Shown here: piece by piece, positions 60,708-64,000 of the stretch
Layout: every line of letters starts with the position of its first letter
Position numbering within the stretch: the first letter of the stretch is position 1
Source: Botryllus schlosseri
Taxonomy: Eukaryota
Direction: 5' to 3'
Length of the DNA: 64,000 nt
Assembly: GCA_051294905.1 (NCBI GenBank)
Contig: CM119386.1
Location: 4,216,001-4,280,000 of the forward strand
The notes under the pieces: generated by a model
The model's input: the letters and a program-made list of their open reading frames with translations, nothing else
The model's database searches: none
Told to the model about the DNA's origin: nothing
Made by a program: the position numbers and the translations under genes

Positions 60708-62382
60708 CTAGTTGCTCTGATTGAATCCAACATTGCCGTTGCTATTTTGTATAATGATATTGGTATTGTTGGTACTGTTCCCAGCACTCATACGTGCACC
60801 GTAACATTCGGGGTATGTTTCTTCATGAGGTATGTGAGGGATGCAAATAGTCGTGTGGTCCGTACGGAAAATCATATATTGGAAACCTTGCCCGATTAGG
60901 CCCGGTGCCTGCAGTTCCGGTGTAGCCATCTTCATATTGGCAGGGCCGGACTTCGCGCTTGGAGGTGCCACAAAAGTAGCGCGACCATTTGAATTTAACA
61001 GTGGGTTGTCACGTTTACGATTGGTCTCATCACCTCTTTGTTTAACAACGTCGTCATTCAGCAGGTCGGAGAATTCCTTTATCTTGCGGTCACTTTGCTC
61101 TTGTTCGTGGGTGAGAAATACGACATCCACCTCAGATGAGCTGTCATCGAACCGAATGGTACACTCATTTTCACAACAGTGTGTGATGATCCACTGTGTC
61201 ATATTCTTCAGACATTCAATTACTCTTTCGGATCTTGCCACAGGAGAATTTATCCTAAGACATACTGTTGGAGGAGATCCAGTGGAAACTGAAAACACAT
61301 CGACTCTGGAATTCTGGTCTGCATTGCAGCTCTCAGCATTCGTGATCGCCACGGAATTTTCCGTTTCTTCTACTATTCGTTGCAAAAGCCCAAAGTCAAC
61401 GTTCCGAGGAACATCATAATCGATTTTCTCGACAGGCGCTACGTATTTCGTATTTATGCGAACTGTGCGTCCATCGTCATACTCTATCACGGCGTGTCTA
61501 CAGTCGGTGAATCCCAACAGAGTGGCTTCTTGACTAATTGCGTGACGTGTTGATGGCTTGGTTTTTATTCTCGATAAGATTTCATCGACATATCGCGGAG
61601 GACCGGATGCAATCCGGACACGACAGTCTGCTCGCAACGACGTTTTTTGAAGTTCGTTGGATCGAAATCTCTTTGCCTGCGAGCGCGAGACGTTCTGTAT
61701 CATAGATGGGTTCAATATCAATTTTTTCCCGTTGTTGAATCTGACGACGACATCGAGATCCTTATCTATTCCTTCAACTTTTCCAGGCAATTTTATAAAA
61801 TCCAAGCACGACTCCAACAGGTTTGCAGCGACCAGCTGCGTTCTGATACTGGCAGTTACTGTCAATCGCCCTACGTCACCTGCAGAAAATGGCAGGGGTT
61901 CCGGCGGGCAAAATTCATCTGGATCCATGTGATTGTAATCCAGAAATGCGCTTTGAAAGTTTATTCTCCATGTTCGTCCAAATTTCGGCGCAACTATGAG
62001 TGACCCATCTTTTTTGATTTGACAAATCCTCACGGCTTTTCCCGCAATGCTAGTCATTTTCCAGTTCCAGCCCCCAACTTCTTTTTGGTACTCGATGAGT
62101 TTTGGCAGATTGGAAATAATTTTTACCTCCACACCGACTTCAAAACCCTTCGGATGATTCGTGATATTCTCTTTCGACATCGGTTCTGGGTCACTTACTT
62201 CTATAAGTAGTGCTGGATGCACAACAACGCTTGACACGCAATTGAATGTTACATGCACTCCTGCGCTCGTTATGGCAATCACTCTTCCTTGAACACCTGT
62301 ATATTTCTGTGGAATGTCAGGTAGCCTTTTTTGGAACTTTTTCAAAAGCGTCTTGCTCTTCTTGGTTTTCACAAAATCTCCA
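60708..62382 (-). CDS. Protein (or terminal exon) with four Mind-bomb-type SH3 repeats and an N/Q/G-rich C-terminal tail
   Basis: Open 554-codon frame. Repeats GDFVKT...GVQGRVIAI...VHPALL, FEVGVEVKI...YQKEVGGWNWKM...GRTWRIN, FSAGDVGRL...PGKVEGIDKDLDVVVRF...LNPSMI and LRADCRVRI...VIEYDDGRTVRINTKYV fit the MIB repeat pattern F-x-x-G-D-x-V...Q-x-x-x-G-G-W...G-x-V...D-V-x-V...N-P. AATAAA lies 55 nt after the stop (60647-60652). No in-frame ATG before residue 65, so an upstream exon is likely. Confidence 0.85.
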
Positions 62383-62625
62383 CTGACACTCGTAAGGGGT
62401 AATCGTCAGCAACTAGTAGAGAATTCAACAAAAGAGCATCGTATATCAACAATCGTGTTCGTGTATCCCAAAATATGTCGTCATCAGCATGAAATTTCGA
62501 ATACGAGAGCGTTCGATATACTATTTTAGATGGTACACGAAGTCTCTTTGTTGACAGAACCTGGGCTGGCGTATTTTGATAAAACTCGAGTCCAAGACAC
62601 ACTAATGAATGAAAGTGTGAACGGC
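62383..62625 (-). mobile_element. Penelope-like 3' fragment: GIY-YIG C-terminus, 3' region and truncated family-1 hammerhead
   Basis: Minus strand SGRSHFH../VLDSSFIKIRQPRFCQQRDFVYHLK* (compare GRTLFHSKVLESTLIKLEQPILCRQKDRLYSLR at 37.5 kb), then GCTGACGATTACCCCTTACGAGTGTCAG cut off at 62383. Confidence 0.82.
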
Positions 62626-62849
62626 CACTCCCAACGACACGATATCCGTCCTTTAACGACCAGATGCATATAGTAAGCCCCCAGAAGTTGCATCGATTAC
62701 CCTACGGTGGGCCAAAAATCAATGTTTATTTGTGCGGAAGGGGGCTGAAAAATGTGGCTTCGGACCTGGTTACAACACTCATCCGCATACTCCTGAACCG
62801 GATCGTGACCACCTCTATAGTCGATAGACAAAGCTTGACTGGTGTGACG

Positions 62850-63753
62850 CAGTGCTGGGATCAAGTCACTACCTTCGAGTCACAAATCAATTCGAGTCAT
62901 TGCACATTTTGACTCGAGTCAAGTCAAGTCACTCAATTTTTGGGGTGACTCGAGTCAAGTCAAGTCAAGTCACGAGTCAAGTCACATTTCAAGTCAAGTT
63001 GCCTTTTCGAATGCCTACGCCATTGCATTTTGCTAGCTGTCTGAAATACAGATTAACTGGTCATTGATTTTGAACGGATGAACGAATATGAAGTTAAATA
63101 TACACGTAAGACGGCGCTGTATCGCTTACTACGTAGAAATGCTAAACTACGCAAATATAATGGCATAGCCTCAGTTTATAGTTACTAGCCAATATAGAGA
63201 ATAGAGAAACGAATTGATAAAATACAATACATTATTCATTTACAAATGGATATGATACAATTCGAGCCTGCGCCAATGGTCGAGGACTATATAAACTATC
63301 TTCGAATTTAATTTCAATAAAGAGGTTTGGTTCAGGTACAGAGAACAGTAATAGACATTTTTCTCTTAAAATACTTTACTATACTAGTTTACGACAGCGT
63401 AAGCTGTAAGCTTCGATCACTTCGTCAGCGGTCAATTTAGTTGTGAGAGAACAATAGAGGCTCAGTAAAACGCACGATCATTGAATGATTGGTCGCTCTC
63501 ACGGGTTACACCAGCGTTTCGCGAACACTCCGATTGCAAGATACAGTGATTTTTATCGACACCAATTACTTGATGACTTGAAATTGACTCGTGAATTTTG
63601 CTCCGAGTCACGAGTCAATCCACATTTCTGATACGCCGAGTCAAGTCAAGTCGAGCCATTTTAGCAAAGTGACTCGAGTCAAGTCAAGTCATACGAAAAA
63701 GGTGATTCGAGTCTGACTCGAGTCAAGTCATGACTCGAGTCATCCCAACACTG
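62850..63753 (+). mobile_element. GACTCGAGTC-family non-autonomous hAT element (complete)
   Basis: TIRs CAGTGCTGGGAT / ATCCCAACACTG; flanks GTGTGACG and ATATATAT do not match, so no TSD. Confidence 0.9.
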
Positions 63754-63823
63754 ATATATATATATATCATTGGGATAGTCCGATGACATTCCCCGACATC
63801 ATCGGCTACCTATTATTATAAGG

Positions 63824-63922
63824 CCCTGTGGATATAAAGCTGTATCAGCTGTATCACCCTGTGGATATAAAGCTGTATCAGCTGTACCACCCTGTGGATA
63901 TAACGCTGTATCAGCTGTATCA
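63824..63922. repeat. 33-bp tandem repeat, 3 copies plus decayed tail
   Basis: Unit CCCTGTGGATATAAAGCTGTATCAGCTGTATCA at 63824, 63857 and 63890. Confidence 0.9.
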
Positions 63923-64000
63923 CAGCTCTATCAGCTGTAGCACTCTATCTGTATGGAATCGGTGTCTTGTGTCCCAAGACTCAAGTTTTTTTTGCGGAGC

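Noticed and set aside
60841-62210. Plus-strand ORFs (192, 118, 91 and 63 aa) opposite the MIB-repeat frame
   Set aside because: Antisense shadows of a real coding frame; no motifs.
62622-62638. Inverted family-2 hammerhead fragment as the element's own 5' inverted pLTR
   Set aside because: The 16/17 match is real, but it overlaps codons that also read as GIY-YIG (SGR) and the element's 3' ribozyme is family 1; it cannot be assigned.
59339-63753. GACTCGAGTC(AAGTC)n arrays as a CRISPR-like array
   Set aside because: No constant repeat with unique spacers and no cas genes; the arrays are subterminal repeats inside TIR-bounded hAT elements.

Overview
AT-rich, repeat-dense eukaryotic (animal-like; possibly a marine invertebrate, which is inference only) genomic DNA. 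No prokaryotic operons, rRNA, functional tRNA or CRISPR array were seen. Much of the window is nested transposon DNA: many hAT-type non-autonomous elements and MITEs with readable TIRs and 8-bp TSDs (four keep transposase remnants of Buster-like, SPIN/GTF2IRD2-like and 'FPxTATVE'-type lineages), a decayed APE-RT-RNaseH-CCHC LINE (40.2-43.6 kb, minus), a BEL/Pao gag remnant, a tRNA-derived SINE, and several Penelope-like (GIY-YIG) fragments. The Penelope ends carry minimal type I hammerhead ribozymes in two sequence families. These covary in stem I, in the palindromic stem III, and in an extra pairing between the 5' flank and loop II. Host-gene candidates: (i) a 1.67-kb minus-strand exon (60708-62382) with four Mind-bomb-type SH3 repeats and an N/Q/G-rich, RHIM-like C-terminus, which starts exactly at a Penelope ribozyme remnant and lies between two inverted copies of one hAT element; (ii) two paralogous plus-strand terminal exons (24.1 and 48.1 kb), both ending in CaaX boxes (CVIQ and CVLL); (iii) a Cys-rich 238-codon orphan exon (9736-10449, minus). 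Most of the short ORFs in the supplied track are spurious or pieces of transposons. All alignments were done by eye and no database searches were run.
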